A stretch of 32,000 nt of DNA, taken from assembly GCF_000186885.1 (NCBI RefSeq), contig NC_014972.1:2220001-2252000 (forward strand), in the 5' to 3' direction. The notes under the pieces are model-generated. The model saw only the letters and a list, made by a program, of their open reading frames with translations, made no database searches and was not told the origin of the DNA. The position numbers and the translations under genes are program-made. Shown here piece by piece: positions 1 to 9,700 of the stretch (position 1 is the first letter of the stretch; every line of letters begins with the position of its first letter). The stretch is from Desulfobulbus propionicus DSM 2032 (GTDB lineage Bacteria; Desulfobacterota; Desulfobulbia; Desulfobulbales; Desulfobulbaceae).

Positions 1-157
1 CTTCCTGGATTTTTCCTGTATCCATGGTAGGTTGATATATACCTGAATACCGTCGTGTACCACAAAAAAATGCGCCGGCCGCCATTTCCGCATGGTCCTG
101 TCCATCAGGGAATACAGGACATTGCTGCAACCTAAAACCGTCACAGAGGAGAGATTC

Positions 158-1084
158 ATGGGGGAGAAAAAGAAGAAAGGGGAAGGCAAAGAGAAAAAAA
201 ACGCGCCGGAAACTGTGGTCGACTTCAGGCTGCAGGAGGGAACGGCCCTGCGGTTTAAAGACGAAAAAAAGGATGACGACCACCTGGCCGTCTGGGTAAG
301 CAAGGCTGTTCTCGCCTACGAAATGGAGCTGAAAAAGTTGCAGATCGAACTGATGAAGCTGCAGCAGGATATGAAAAAACAGGGCACCCGGGTCTTGGCC
401 ATCTTCGAGGGGCGCGACGCCGCCGGCAAGGGCGGGACCATCAAACGGATCTCGGCCTTTCTCAACCCGCGCAATACTCGCATCGTCGCCCTGACCGCGC
501 CCAGCGACAAGGAGGCGACCCAGTGGTATTTCCAGCGCTACGTCCCCCACTTGCCCGCGGCGGGCGAGTTGGTGCTCTTTGACCGCTCCTGGTACAACCG
601 GGCCATGGTCGAACCGGTGATGGGCTTCTGCACCGATGAGCAGCACAAGCGCTTTCTCAAGGACGTGCCGCTGTTCGAGGAGATGCTGGTCAAGGACGGG
701 ATCAAGCTGTTCAAGTTTTACTTCTCGGTGTCCAAGGAAGAACAGGCCAAGCGGTTTGAATCGCGCAAGACCGACATCCTCAAGCAGTACAAGCTGTCGC
801 CGGTGGACAACCTGGCCCAGACCTACTGGGATCAGTACACGGTCAAGAAGTTCCAGATGCTCAACGAATCCAATCGCACCCTGAGTCCCTGGACCATCAT
901 CCGCTCCGACGACAAGAAAAAGGCGCGGCTCAACTGCATCAAGCACCTCCTTGCCAACCTCGACTACGACAAGAAGCTGCCGGCCGAAGAGCTGGCCGTT
1001 GATCCCGAGATCGTCATTTCCGGCATCGACGAGATCAAGCACATGGAGAAAAACCTGTTTGATCCCGGACGGCTGCGGGGATAG
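158..1084 (+). CDS. ppk2: Polyphosphate kinase 2 (PPK2 family, single domain)
   Basis: ORF 92..1084. It has the P-loop FEGRDAAGKGGTIKRI and the FDRSWYNRA motif typical of PPK2. Start moved to ATG158 (M23 of the ORF) because GAGGAG (146-151) lies 6 nt upstream. A Lys/Glu-rich N-terminal tail precedes the core. Confidence 0.9.
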   Translation: MGEKKKKGEGKEKKNAPETVVDFRLQEGTALRFKDEKKDDDHLAVWVSKAVLAYEMELKKLQIELMKLQQDMKKQGTRVLAIFEGRDAAGKGGTIKRISAFLNPRNTRIVALTAPSDKEATQWYFQRYVPHLPAAGELVLFDRSWYNRAMVEPVMGFCTDEQHKRFLKDVPLFEEMLVKDGIKLFKFYFSVSKEEQAKRFESRKTDILKQYKLSPVDNLAQTYWDQYTVKKFQMLNESNRTLSPWTIIRSDDKKKARLNCIKHLLANLDYDKKLPAEELAVDPEIVISGIDEIKHMEKNLFDPGRLRG

Positions 1085-1087
1085 CCC

Positions 1088-1123
1088 AAAAAAAAGCCGT
1101 CAGCCCCGCTGGGGACTGACGGC
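1088..1123 (-). terminator. Rho-independent terminator after secA (possibly bidirectional, also just after the ppk2 stop)
   Basis: The stem pairs gccgtcag+cccc (1096-1107) with gggg+ctgacggc (1111-1123), with one bulged A and a 3-nt loop. It is flanked by an 8-A run (1088-1095), which is a U8 tail on the minus-strand transcript. It sits between convergent ppk2 and secA. Confidence 0.8.
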
Positions 1124-1157
1124 TTCGCACGTGCGAACTACGACGGAACGGCCTTCT

Positions 1158-3722
1158 TCAAGCGGTCTGACCGCAGCATTTCTTGTATTTTTTTCCCGAT
1201 CCACAGGGACAGGGGGCGTTGCGGCCGACCTTATCCTCGGTTCGCAGCACCGGCTTGCGCTCCATGTCAGCCGTTCCGACCGCCGCCGCGGCATTCGACC
1301 GTTTAGCCTCGGCAAGCTCTTGCTCGCGTTGCTGGCGCCGCTCCTCTTCCATCCTCGCCAGCTCGTCGTCCTGGACGATCTGGATGCGCATCAGATTGGC
1401 CACCGTATGCTGTTTGACCGCCTCGATCATGGTCATGAACAGGTTGTAGCCTTCCCGCTTGTACTCCAACAGCGGATTCTTCTGGCCGTAGCCGCGCAGG
1501 CCGATGCCCTCCTTGAGGTGGTCCATGTGCAACAGATGTTCCTTCCACAGGGTGTCGACCATCTGCAGCAGCACCATCCGTTCCAGCTGGCGCATCTGCG
1601 ACTCGCCGTTGCGGGCCTCCTGCGATGCATAGGCCTGACCGATCGATGCCCGCAGCTTGTCGACAAAGGTATCATGGTTGAGCTCCTGCCGCTCCTCCTC
1701 GGGCCAGTCAAGCTGCAGGTTGAACAGCTGCCCCACCCGCTCTTCCAAAGCGGGCCAATCCCACTCCTCGGCCGCCACCCGGCCGGGGGCGAATTCATCC
1801 GCCACCTGGGCCACGAGATCAGCGATCATGTCGTCGATGATCGGCCGGACGTTGTCGCCCTCGAGCACCTCGCGGCGCTGGCTGTAGATCACCTCGCGCT
1901 GCTTGTTCATGACGTCGTCATATTCAAGCAGGTGCTTGCGGATGTCGAAGTTATGGCCCTCGACCTTACGCTGGGCGTTTTCGATCGCCCGCGACACCAT
2001 GGAGTGTTCGATGGGCTCGTCCTCTTCCATGCCCAGCTTGTCCATGATCGAACTCAGCCGGTCGGAACCGAAAATGCGCAGCAGGTCATCCTCCAGGGAC
2101 AGATAAAACCGGGAGGAACCGGGATCGCCCTGGCGTCCGGAACGACCACGCAGCTGATTGTCGATACGCCGGCTTTCATGGCGGCTGGTGCCGAGGATAT
2201 GCAGCCCGCCCAGCTCGCGCACCCCTTCGCCCAGCTTGATGTCGGTCCCGCGGCCGGCCATGTTGGTGGCAATGGTCACTCGACCCTTCTGGCCGGCGCC
2301 GGCGATGATCTCGGCCTCGCGCTCGTGCTGCTTGGCGTTGAGCACGTCGTGGGGAATGCCCTCCTTGGTCAGCATCTTGGAGATCTTCTCGGAGATGTCG
2401 ATGGAGATGGTGCCCACCAAAATCGGCTGCCCCTTTTCATGGAGTTCCTTGATTTCGTTGACGATGTTCCGGTACTTGGCCGCCTGGTTCTTATAGATGA
2501 CGTCGGCGTAGTCCTTGCGGATCATCTTCTGATGGGTGGGAATGACCACCACGTCGAGGTTGTAGATCTTCTTGAACTCCGGCGCCTCGGTGTCGGCGGT
2601 GCCGGTCATGCCCGCCAGCTTCTTGTACATGCGGAAATAGTTCTGGAAGGTGATTGAGGCCAGCGTCTGGTTCTCCTTCTCGATCTTAACCCCCTCCTTG
2701 GCCTCCAGGGCTTGGTGGAGGCCGTCGGAGTAGCGCCGCCCCTCCATGGTCCGGCCGGTGAACTCGTCGACAATGACCACCGCCCCGTTCTTGACGATGT
2801 AGTCGACATCCCGCTGAAAGATGACGTGGGCCTTGAGCGCCTGGTTGACGTGGTGCAGGTGGTTGATGTTGCGTGGATCGTAGAGATTGTCCACCTCCAG
2901 CAGCTCTTCGGCCAGCCCCACGCCTTCATCGGTGAGCATGACCTGGCGGGATTTCTCGTCCTTGGTGAAGTGTTCCTCGGGCTTGAAATGGCGCATGATC
3001 CGGTCGACCTTGAGGTACAGATCGGTGGACTGTTCGGCCGGTCCGGAGATGATCAGCGGTGTGCGCGCCTCATCGATGAGGATGGAGTCAACCTCGTCGA
3101 CGATGGCGTAGTTGAAGCCGCGCTGGCAGTAGTCCCGCAACGAAAATTTCATATTGTCGCGCAGGTAGTCAAAGCCGAACTCATTGTTGGTGCCGTAGGT
3201 AATGTCGGCTCCGTAGGCGGTGCGCCGCTCGTCGTCGTTCATTTCGTGAAGGATGCAGCCGGTGCTCAAGCCGAGGAACCGGTAGACCTCACCCATCCAC
3301 TGCACGTCGCGGCGGGCCAGATAGTCGTTGACCGTGACCACATGCACGCCCTTGCCGCTCAGGGCGTTGAGATACACCGGGGCGGTGGAGGTCAGGGTCT
3401 TGCCCTCGCCGGTCTTCATCTCGGCGATCTTGCCCTGGTGGAGGACCATGCCGCCGATCAGCTGCACGTCGTAGTGGCGTTCGCCGAGCACGCGCTTGGC
3501 CGCCTCGCGGACCACGGCAAAGGCCTCGGGCAGCAGGTCGTCCAGGGTGGCACCCTGGGCAAGCCGTTCCCTGAACTCATCGGTCTTGGCGGCCAGTTCC
3601 GCGTCGGACAACGGTTCGACCGTGGCCTCGAGATCGTTGATCACCCGGACGACGCGCCGGTACTGCTTGATCATCCTGTCGTTTTTACTGCCGAAAATTT
3701 TAGCGAGTGTCCTTCCTAGCAT
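1158..3722 (-). CDS. secA: Preprotein translocase ATPase SecA
   Basis: ORF 1158..3746. It has the canonical N-terminus [16 protein letters not shown], the DEAD-like motor motif [19 protein letters not shown] and the C-terminal zinc finger [14 protein letters not shown]. Start set at the M9 ATG (3722), with GGAG 5 nt upstream. Confidence 0.97.
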   Translation of the reverse strand: MLGRTLAKIFGSKNDRMIKQYRRVVRVINDLEATVEPLSDAELAAKTDEFRERLAQGATLDDLLPEAFAVVREAAKRVLGERHYDVQLIGGMVLHQGKIAEMKTGEGKTLTSTAPVYLNALSGKGVHVVTVNDYLARRDVQWMGEVYRFLGLSTGCILHEMNDDERRTAYGADITYGTNNEFGFDYLRDNMKFSLRDYCQRGFNYAIVDEVDSILIDEARTPLIISGPAEQSTDLYLKVDRIMRHFKPEEHFTKDEKSRQVMLTDEGVGLAEELLEVDNLYDPRNINHLHHVNQALKAHVIFQRDVDYIVKNGAVVIVDEFTGRTMEGRRYSDGLHQALEAKEGVKIEKENQTLASITFQNYFRMYKKLAGMTGTADTEAPEFKKIYNLDVVVIPTHQKMIRKDYADVIYKNQAAKYRNIVNEIKELHEKGQPILVGTISIDISEKISKMLTKEGIPHDVLNAKQHEREAEIIAGAGQKGRVTIATNMAGRGTDIKLGEGVRELGGLHILGTSRHESRRIDNQLRGRSGRQGDPGSSRFYLSLEDDLLRIFGSDRLSSIMDKLGMEEDEPIEHSMVSRAIENAQRKVEGHNFDIRKHLLEYDDVMNKQREVIYSQRREVLEGDNVRPIIDDMIADLVAQVADEFAPGRVAAEEWDWPALEERVGQLFNLQLDWPEEERQELNHDTFVDKLRASIGQAYASQEARNGESQMRQLERMVLLQMVDTLWKEHLLHMDHLKEGIGLRGYGQKNPLLEYKREGYNLFMTMIEAVKQHTVANLMRIQIVQDDELARMEEERRQQREQELAEAKRSNAAAAVGTADMERKPVLRTEDKVGRNAPCPCGSGKKYKKCCGQTA

Positions 3723-3790
3723 TATGGGGTCTCCATCGAGGGCCATCCGCCCTCGGGATAATAAGAAAAAGAGAGGAATTCCGCTTTGAA

Positions 3791-4294
3791 TCAGGTGGCG
3801 GAGGTGCGGCGTTCAGCGGTGCGGATCAGTGCATCCTCGTCGCAGTCGGGAAACTTGGGGCAGTGGATGCAGTCGCTCCAGATCTTATGGGGCAGATCCT
3901 GTTTGTCGCAGTCCTTGAAGCCAAACTTGCGAAAAAAGGCCGCCTGGTAGGTGAGGACAAAAACTTTGCCGATTTCGAGACTGTTGGCCTCATCGAGGCA
4001 GGACTCCACCAGCAGGGCGCCGATGCCGCATTTCTGCCGCTCCTCGGCCACCGCCAGGGAGCGGATTTCGGCCAGATCGTCCCAGCAGATGTGCAAAGCG
4101 ACAATGCCCAGGACCGTGCCGTTTTCCTCGTAGACCACAAAATCGCGCAGATGATCGTAGAGGGAACTGATTGATCGGGACAGCATCAGTCCCTTGTTGG
4201 CAAAGGTGGCCAGCAGGGCGTGAATGGCGCGGACATCCCCCATCCGGGCCGGGCGAATCCGCCCGGATATCGGTTGTTGCTTGTGTTCAGACAT
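3791..4294 (-). CDS. GNAT family N-acetyltransferase (ArgA-like short form with C-terminal Cys cluster)
   Basis: ORF 3791..4330. It has the GNAT acetyl-CoA motif region [21 protein letters not shown] and the C-terminal [21 protein letters not shown]. Start set at MSEHKQQ (4294). Confidence 0.8.
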   Translation of the reverse strand: MSEHKQQPISGRIRPARMGDVRAIHALLATFANKGLMLSRSISSLYDHLRDFVVYEENGTVLGIVALHICWDDLAEIRSLAVAEERQKCGIGALLVESCLDEANSLEIGKVFVLTYQAAFFRKFGFKDCDKQDLPHKIWSDCIHCPKFPDCDEDALIRTAERRTSAT

Positions 4295-4345
4295 AGAGCT
4301 CTCTTCCGTGTTGATTCGAGCGCCCCGCATGCGCTCTGCGTTCGC

Positions 4346-4897
4346 TTATTCGGGCTGCTCTTCCAGCCGATGCTCCTCGATCACTGGATCGGGAACGGCC
4401 AATTTGCGATAAAAAAACCAGTTGCCTTCACCGGCAGCCACGCCGATGCAAAAGACCAAAAGGACATTGAACCAGGTATCGGGCACCAGCAACAGGAGAA
4501 GCGCCAGACCAATGGCCGCTCCATAGACGGCACCGGTGACGAGATGCATGGTGGTCGTGGTCCAAAAGGAGCACTTGCGCGCCAACAGCCCGGTCACGGG
4601 TCGGGCAACGGCGAAAAAACACAGGTAGGAACAGAGCAGCAGCGGCAAAAAACCGTACACCGCCCAGGTGACAATGATTTTATGCACGTCCTGTTCTTGG
4701 TGCATGCCCCCGGATTTCATCAAGAAGAAAGCCAGCAGGGTGAGCAGATGGGCGAACAGGAAGAAAGCCACGGCCGAAACGGCCGGCGCATACCAGGCCG
4801 CATGCTCCCTGACATGCTGATTGATGGCCTGGCGCGCTTCCCTCGTTAGAGAGCCGCGCGCCCTGGGCACGCTTTTTCGCTTTCGTCGAACACCCAT
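4346..4897 (-). CDS. Hypothetical polytopic membrane protein
   Basis: 183-aa ORF with a basic N-terminus and 4-5 hydrophobic helices (for example AVSAVAFFLFAHLLTLLAFFL, GAAIGLALLLLLVP). It is co-directional and tightly packed with its neighbours. I recognise no family motif. Confidence 0.5.
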   Translation of the reverse strand: MGVRRKRKSVPRARGSLTREARQAINQHVREHAAWYAPAVSAVAFFLFAHLLTLLAFFLMKSGGMHQEQDVHKIIVTWAVYGFLPLLLCSYLCFFAVARPVTGLLARKCSFWTTTTMHLVTGAVYGAAIGLALLLLLVPDTWFNVLLVFCIGVAAGEGNWFFYRKLAVPDPVIEEHRLEEQPE

Positions 4898-4908
4898 TGC
4901 GTTTGTCG

Positions 4909-5211
4909 CTATTCCGGTTGCTTGAGTTGCGGTGATTGCCGTGTCGATGCGTTCCCGCTGGCCGCTTGGCCGGGAAGCGGGGCCACCTGCTCAACGGCAG
5001 GGGGTGCCTTCTGCTCCCTGGGCGGAAAAAGAATGGTTTGTCCTGCCCAGATTCCCAGCACAAACATCCAGAAAAACAAGAAGAAACAGACAACCACCAG
5101 GCCGAACATCCCGCGCCAGCCCAGTTCAATGCGAAACGGCTTGGCCTTGCGCGGTCGCGGCCTTTCCCCAGGGGGGGCTTCCGGCGGGGCTTTTCGGGTC
5201 AACAGTTCCAT
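4909..5211 (-). CDS. Hypothetical single-pass membrane protein with Pro/Gln-rich tail
   Basis: 100-aa ORF with one TM helix (MFGLVVVCFFLFFWMFVLGIWAG) and a basic, Pro-rich N-terminus. GGAGAGG lies upstream. It is immediately downstream of argS. Confidence 0.45.
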   Translation of the reverse strand: MELLTRKAPPEAPPGERPRPRKAKPFRIELGWRGMFGLVVVCFFLFFWMFVLGIWAGQTILFPPREQKAPPAVEQVAPLPGQAASGNASTRQSPQLKQPE

Positions 5212-5358
5212 GGCTGTGTGCGGTTCCTCTCCTTGCCCAGGAATGCCAATCCCTTGATGTCCCTTCGGGGTCCGGGGGGAGGCACGCGTTCTTTGTTAAG
5301 TATTGCCGGGAAAAAAGCAAGCCAGAAAACAGGAAAAGATGCGCGACCGATCCGCCGG

Positions 5359-7008
5359 TTACATTGTCTCCGGGGCGCGGAGGCCAATGAGCGTGAGCCC
5401 GTTGCGGAACACCCGTTTCAGGGCCCCGCACAGATACAGGCGAGCGCGGCTCAACTCGGGATCATCGCCCAGCACCTTGTGCTTGTTGTAGAAGCCGTGA
5501 AATTGTCCGGCCAGGTCCATCAGATAGAAAACCACCCGATGGGGCGCCAGATCGGCCGCGGCGCCAGCCACCAGCTGGGGATACTCGGCCAGGGTCTTGA
5601 GCAGGCCATACTCCTCGGGTTCAGCCAAACGGGCCAAGATCTGGTCCGGGGTTCCAACGTTCACGCCCTGCTCCCGGGCTTGCCGTTCGATGCTGCACAG
5701 CCGGGCATGGGCATACTGCACGTAGTACACCGGGTTTTCCTGGCTCTGCTTCTTGGCCAGATCAAGATCAAACTCGATCAGGTTGTCGGGCTTGCGCATG
5801 AGGAAGAAAAAACGCAGAGCATCCGGACCGACCTCGTCGACCAGTTCATCCACAGTGACAAAGGTGGCCTTGCGGGTCGACATCTTGACCTGCTTGCCGT
5901 CGCGCAGCAAGGTGACAAACTGGTAGAGGACCACGGTGATCCGGCTGTCGTCATGGCCCAACGCCCGCACTCCGGCGAGCACGTCGGGCACGGTGGCGAT
6001 GTGATCGGAGCCGAACACATTGATCATCCAGTCATAGCCGCGCTTGAACTTGTCGCAGTGGTAGGCGATGTCCGGCAACCGGTAGGTGGGCTCGCCGCTG
6101 CTTTTGATAATCACCCGGTCCTGTTCCTGGCCGAACTCGGTGGTCTTGAACCAGGTGGCTCCCTCTTTCTCGTACACCAGATTTTTTGCCCGCAGCTCCT
6201 CGACCACCTGGTTGACGCGGCCGTCCTCATACAGGGTGTGCTCGTTGAAATAGGTGTCGAACCCGATGCCGATTCGTTTGAGGGTGGCGTCGATGTCGGC
6301 GAAGATGGCCCGTTGGGCCCGCTCCTTGAAAACCGCGAGCTCGGCATCCTTGAACCCGTCTCCGGCCTCGTCGATCATCGCCCGGGCGATGTCGTAGATA
6401 TAGTCGCCCTGATAGCCGTCCTCGGGAAAAGTATTGGCCAAGCCGAGCAGTTCCAGGTAGCGCGCCCGGGTCGATTCCCCCAGCACCCGCATCTGGCGGC
6501 CGGCATCGTTGAAGTAGTATTCCCGCTGAACCGCGTAGCCGCTGGCGGTCAGCAGCCGGGCGATGGTATCGCCGAGCACCGCGTTGCGGCCATGGCCGAC
6601 GCTCAGGGGACCGGTGGGATTGGCGCTGACAAACTCGACCAGCACCCTGCGGTCGGCGCCGTTGGTGGAGCGGCCAAAATGGGCGTCCTGCTCGTAAATG
6701 GGGGCGAGCACCGTGACCCAGATCTTCTTGTCGAGAAAGAGATTGATGAAACCCGGACCAGCGACCTCCACCCGCTCGATCATCGACTGACCGCCGAGCA
6801 GCTCCGCAAACTGCGCGGCCAGGTCACGCGGCTTGCGTTTGTCGATGCCAGCGGCCACCAGGGCAAAATTGGTGGAAAAATCACCCTGCCCTTCGCGCTT
6901 GGGCACCTCGACGGTGTAACGGCCGCCAGCGGCCTCGCTCCAATACCCTTGTTTGACGCCCTCGGTGAAACAGCGGTCAACAATTTCTTTAACGTGTGAT
7001 TTGATCAT
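5359..7008 (-). CDS. argS: Arginine--tRNA ligase
   Basis: 549 aa. It has the class I signature region SANPTGPLSVGHGRN, a KMSKS-like segment VKMSTRKATF and a typical C-terminal DALR-type anticodon-binding end ...GLRAPETM. Confidence 0.95.
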   Translation of the reverse strand: MIKSHVKEIVDRCFTEGVKQGYWSEAAGGRYTVEVPKREGQGDFSTNFALVAAGIDKRKPRDLAAQFAELLGGQSMIERVEVAGPGFINLFLDKKIWVTVLAPIYEQDAHFGRSTNGADRRVLVEFVSANPTGPLSVGHGRNAVLGDTIARLLTASGYAVQREYYFNDAGRQMRVLGESTRARYLELLGLANTFPEDGYQGDYIYDIARAMIDEAGDGFKDAELAVFKERAQRAIFADIDATLKRIGIGFDTYFNEHTLYEDGRVNQVVEELRAKNLVYEKEGATWFKTTEFGQEQDRVIIKSSGEPTYRLPDIAYHCDKFKRGYDWMINVFGSDHIATVPDVLAGVRALGHDDSRITVVLYQFVTLLRDGKQVKMSTRKATFVTVDELVDEVGPDALRFFFLMRKPDNLIEFDLDLAKKQSQENPVYYVQYAHARLCSIERQAREQGVNVGTPDQILARLAEPEEYGLLKTLAEYPQLVAGAAADLAPHRVVFYLMDLAGQFHGFYNKHKVLGDDPELSRARLYLCGALKRVFRNGLTLIGLRAPETM

Positions 7009-7081
7009 GCCCTAACAGAGTGAAGTGTGAAGGTAGAATTGCATGCGGCCCGCCAGCGGCATCCGTGGCGTATCATCGGGG

Positions 7082-8206
7082 TCAGTCGATCATTTCCCGG
7101 TCGTTCAGCTTGCCGAACAGGCACAGCACCTCGTAACTGATGGTTTCCATCCAGGCGGCGATTTCGTCGGCGGTGATGGTTTCTTCGCCCTGGCGGCCGA
7201 GCAGCACGGCCTCGTCGCCCACCTGCACCCCGTCGATCCCGGTGACATCGACCAGAGTCAGGTTCATGGAGATGCGGCCGACCGTCGGTACTCGCCGGCC
7301 ATGGATCAGCACCTGGGCGCGGTTGGAGAGTTTGCGCAGATAGCCGTCGTCATAGCCCACCGGCAGGACCGCGATGGTCGAGGGGCGACTGGTGGTGAAC
7401 AGATGGCTGTAACCGAGACCGCTGCCGGCAGGAACTCGGCGCACCTGGATGATCCGGGTGGCAAAACGCATGGCCGGCCGCAACAGAGGCGGCGCAGCGG
7501 CCGCCCTGCCGGTCTCGCCGTCCGGGTAGTAGCCATAGAGGGCGATGCCCGGACGGACCATGTCGAGCCGGGCGCCGGCAACATAAAATAAACCGCCGGA
7601 ATTGGCAAGGTGGAGACAGCATCCGCCGCCGGTCAGTGCGGCAAGCGATGCGGTGGTGGCGGTGAAGGTCCGCAGCACCTGGGCGGAATTGGCCGATTGC
7701 GGCTCATCGGAACAGGGAAAGTGGGCCATGACACCATCGAGCCGCAGATGGGGCGCACCGCGCACCGTTCGCACCAGATCGACGAAATCCTCGGGCAGGA
7801 CACCCTGGCGGCCCATGCCGGCATCGAGTTTGACATGGACGCCGATCTCACGCCGCTGCAATCCGGCCAACCGGGACAGCTCCGGCACAATCGCCGCATC
7901 GACCACCACCGGGGTCAAATCGGCCTCGACCATGGTCGGCAGCGTCTGGGGAATCACTCCGGCCAGAACTAGGATGGGCTGGGTGATGCCGGCCGCCCGC
8001 AGCCGCACCCCCTCGATAGCCTCGGCCACCCCAAAGGCGGCCGCGCCCTGCTCGGCAAAGACCCGGGCACAGTCGATCATCCCATGCCCATAGCCATCGG
8101 CTTTGACCAGAGGCATGATCGCGGCCCCATCCGCCCACTGCCGACAGATCCCGAAATTATGGATCAAGGCGGAACGGCTCACTTCCACACGATTAAGCGA
8201 TCTCAT
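7082..8206 (-). CDS. alr: Alanine racemase
   Basis: 374 aa. It has the PLP-lysine motif PLVKADGYGHG and a typical C-terminal ...TISYEVLCLFG. The start ATG overlaps the upstream gene by 14 nt. Confidence 0.9.
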   Translation of the reverse strand: MRSLNRVEVSRSALIHNFGICRQWADGAAIMPLVKADGYGHGMIDCARVFAEQGAAAFGVAEAIEGVRLRAAGITQPILVLAGVIPQTLPTMVEADLTPVVVDAAIVPELSRLAGLQRREIGVHVKLDAGMGRQGVLPEDFVDLVRTVRGAPHLRLDGVMAHFPCSDEPQSANSAQVLRTFTATTASLAALTGGGCCLHLANSGGLFYVAGARLDMVRPGIALYGYYPDGETGRAAAAPPLLRPAMRFATRIIQVRRVPAGSGLGYSHLFTTSRPSTIAVLPVGYDDGYLRKLSNRAQVLIHGRRVPTVGRISMNLTLVDVTGIDGVQVGDEAVLLGRQGEETITADEIAAWMETISYEVLCLFGKLNDREMID

Positions 8207-8648
8207 TGTTTCGTACCCATTGTATCCATTGCCTCCAGCCCAGACGGCTGGAGAGGCACAGCGACCAACCGATGGCGCAGTAGATCATTCCCAGGAGCGG
8301 GCCCGGATGGCCAGCCCATCGCAGGAAAAAACCTGCGGCCGCCATCAGGGCCACCAACAGCCAGGTTTGCCAGGAATAGACGGCTCCGAGACAAGTACCG
8401 TCCTGCAAAAGGATGATCCGCCGGATGGAGCGCCGGGCCATGCCATCGAGAATCAAAAGCGACTTGAGCGTGCCCAACGCCAGGGCGACAACAATCAGCA
8501 AGCGGCCGCTGCCCTGGCCCATCCACGCCCAACCACGATGCACCAGCATGCCGCCGACCAAGGTCCAAAGCAACGGCGCGGCAAAGAGATGCACCGACCG
8601 CCGGGCACCTGGCTTGCGCCACCGGCTGAACCTCGCGCCCCCTGTCAT
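8193..8648 (-). CDS. Hypothetical membrane protein
   Basis: 151-aa ORF with about 4 hydrophobic helices. It overlaps the alr start by 14 nt (8193-8206), which suggests co-transcription and translational coupling. Confidence 0.55.
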   Translation of the reverse strand: MTGGARFSRWRKPGARRSVHLFAAPLLWTLVGGMLVHRGWAWMGQGSGRLLIVVALALGTLKSLLILDGMARRSIRRIILLQDGTCLGAVYSWQTWLLVALMAAAGFFLRWAGHPGPLLGMIYCAIGWSLCLSSRLGWRQWIQWVRNNEIA

Positions 8649-8675
8649 CCGCCTCTCCGCACAGCAAATGTCATC

Positions 8676-8717
8676 CCTTAAAACAAGTTAAGCCCATCCC
8701 CCGCAAGGGATGGGCTT
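8676..8717 (-). terminator. Rho-independent terminator downstream of the ferredoxin gene
   Basis: An 11-bp perfect stem pairs aagcccatccc (8690-8700) with gggatgggctt (8707-8717), with a 6-nt loop. On the minus-strand RNA it is followed by aacuuguuuuaa (partly U-rich). Confidence 0.6.
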
Positions 8718-8744
8718 ACACACCAACCGAATGTTGCGCAGCAA

Positions 8745-8930
8745 TCAGATTTCAGTAACGGTGATGGCGCCCTCGGGGCAAACTTCAACACAGGTTTCGC
8801 AACCCAGGCATTCATCGGAATGCACGGGCTCGGCCTTGCCGCCCTGCATCTCGAAAACCTGCGCGGGGCAAGCGTTTACACACTCTTCATCACCGGAACA
8901 CTTGTCTTTATCAACAACGATTTCCCACAT
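8745..8930 (-). CDS. Small 4Fe-4S ferredoxin (7-Cys type)
   Basis: ORF 8745..9005. Start set at MWEIVV (8930), with GGAGG 8 nt upstream. Motifs are CX5CX3CP (CSGDEECVNACP) and CX2CX2CX3CP (CLGCETCVEVCP). 61 aa. Confidence 0.85.
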   Translation of the reverse strand: MWEIVVDKDKCSGDEECVNACPAQVFEMQGGKAEPVHSDECLGCETCVEVCPEGAITVTEI

Positions 8931-9022
8931 GGCACAACCTCCAAAATGAATAAATGAAAAATTCAAAAACGATGTTGTTACAACCTCGGTTACAAGGCAA
9001 AACAATACGTAAGAATCGATTT

Positions 9023-9051
9023 TTTTTAAAGGACCGGCCCAGGTTTGTCAA
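9023..9051 (-). promoter_or_regulatory. Candidate sigma70-type promoter for the ferredoxin gene
   Basis: On the minus strand there is a perfect TTGACA (plus 9046-9051), a 17-nt spacer, then TAAAAA (plus 9023-9028). It lies in an AT-rich intergenic region about 90 nt upstream of the ATG. Confidence 0.35.
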
Positions 9052-9226
9052 GCTAAAAGAGTGGACGGCATGGCGGCGGGGATGGAAGCGGCTGCCGCCT
9101 CCGTGTACCACAGTTGCTTTGTCACCGGGTCACCCGCAGCGGTATTCATTTTTTTGATTTGCTCTTCCGCCAAATAACGGTAAGAAGGGACCATCATTCG
9201 TTTCCCTACAAGAGGCAGGGTTCACC

Positions 9227-9571
9227 ATGGCAACAAAACAACACAAAAAAGGCAAGGGTACGGTTTCCCCGGAACAGGGGGAACGGGCCATGATCGAAGG
9301 CATCCTCGAAGGCAGCCCGGACGCGGTCGGCGTCGCCGTTATCCGGCTCGATTGCGGCTGCCGGAAAATGGCGGCGGTCAACCAGTCCGGCGATCCGGCG
9401 AGCAAAATCATCATGTATCGGGACAACGCCGAATCCATCTGCGACCAGTGCAAAACGGACAACGGACCGTTCATGCGTGTGACGGAGCAGTTCATCAGCT
9501 GGAAATCTCCGGAACCCGATGCCCATACCCAGAAAATGATCATTGCCAAAGTGCTGGGCACCGAACAGTAA
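9227..9571 (+). CDS. Hypothetical small protein with CxC...CxxC motif
   Basis: 114-aa ORF with a basic N-terminus. Its four Cys are arranged as LDCGCRK and ICDQCK, a possible metal site. I recognise no family. Confidence 0.4.
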   Translation: MATKQHKKGKGTVSPEQGERAMIEGILEGSPDAVGVAVIRLDCGCRKMAAVNQSGDPASKIIMYRDNAESICDQCKTDNGPFMRVTEQFISWKSPEPDAHTQKMIIAKVLGTEQ

Positions 9572-9700
9572 GGCTCCAAAAATTGGTGCAGTGGCACCGG
9601 AACGGAAAAAGGATCCCACAGCACCAACCCCGAGCACCCTGTGCCGGCCGATGAAGCCGTATCTCTCCAGTTCCGACACATTGACATCGTTTCGTCTTCC

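Noticed and set aside
951-2657. A 568-aa plus-strand ORF antisense to secA. Similar long antisense ORFs occur at 2712..3719, 4936..6999 (opposite argS), 16431..18392 (opposite the TolC-like/GT2 genes), 24647..26269 (opposite glcD), 28959..30092 (opposite resB) and 19204..20214.
   Set aside because: Long stop-free antisense frames are expected in GC-rich DNA. Their translations are Arg/Gly/Ala/His/Leu-rich low-information sequence with no motifs. The opposite-strand proteins carry unmistakable family signatures across their full length.
3737-3755. The hairpin CGAGGGC-N5-GCCCTCG between the GNAT stop and the secA start.
   Set aside because: No U-tract follows it on the minus-strand RNA, so it is not an intrinsic terminator. 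It ends 2 nt before the secA GGAG and does not occlude it. A regulatory role analogous to secM-secA control is pure speculation.
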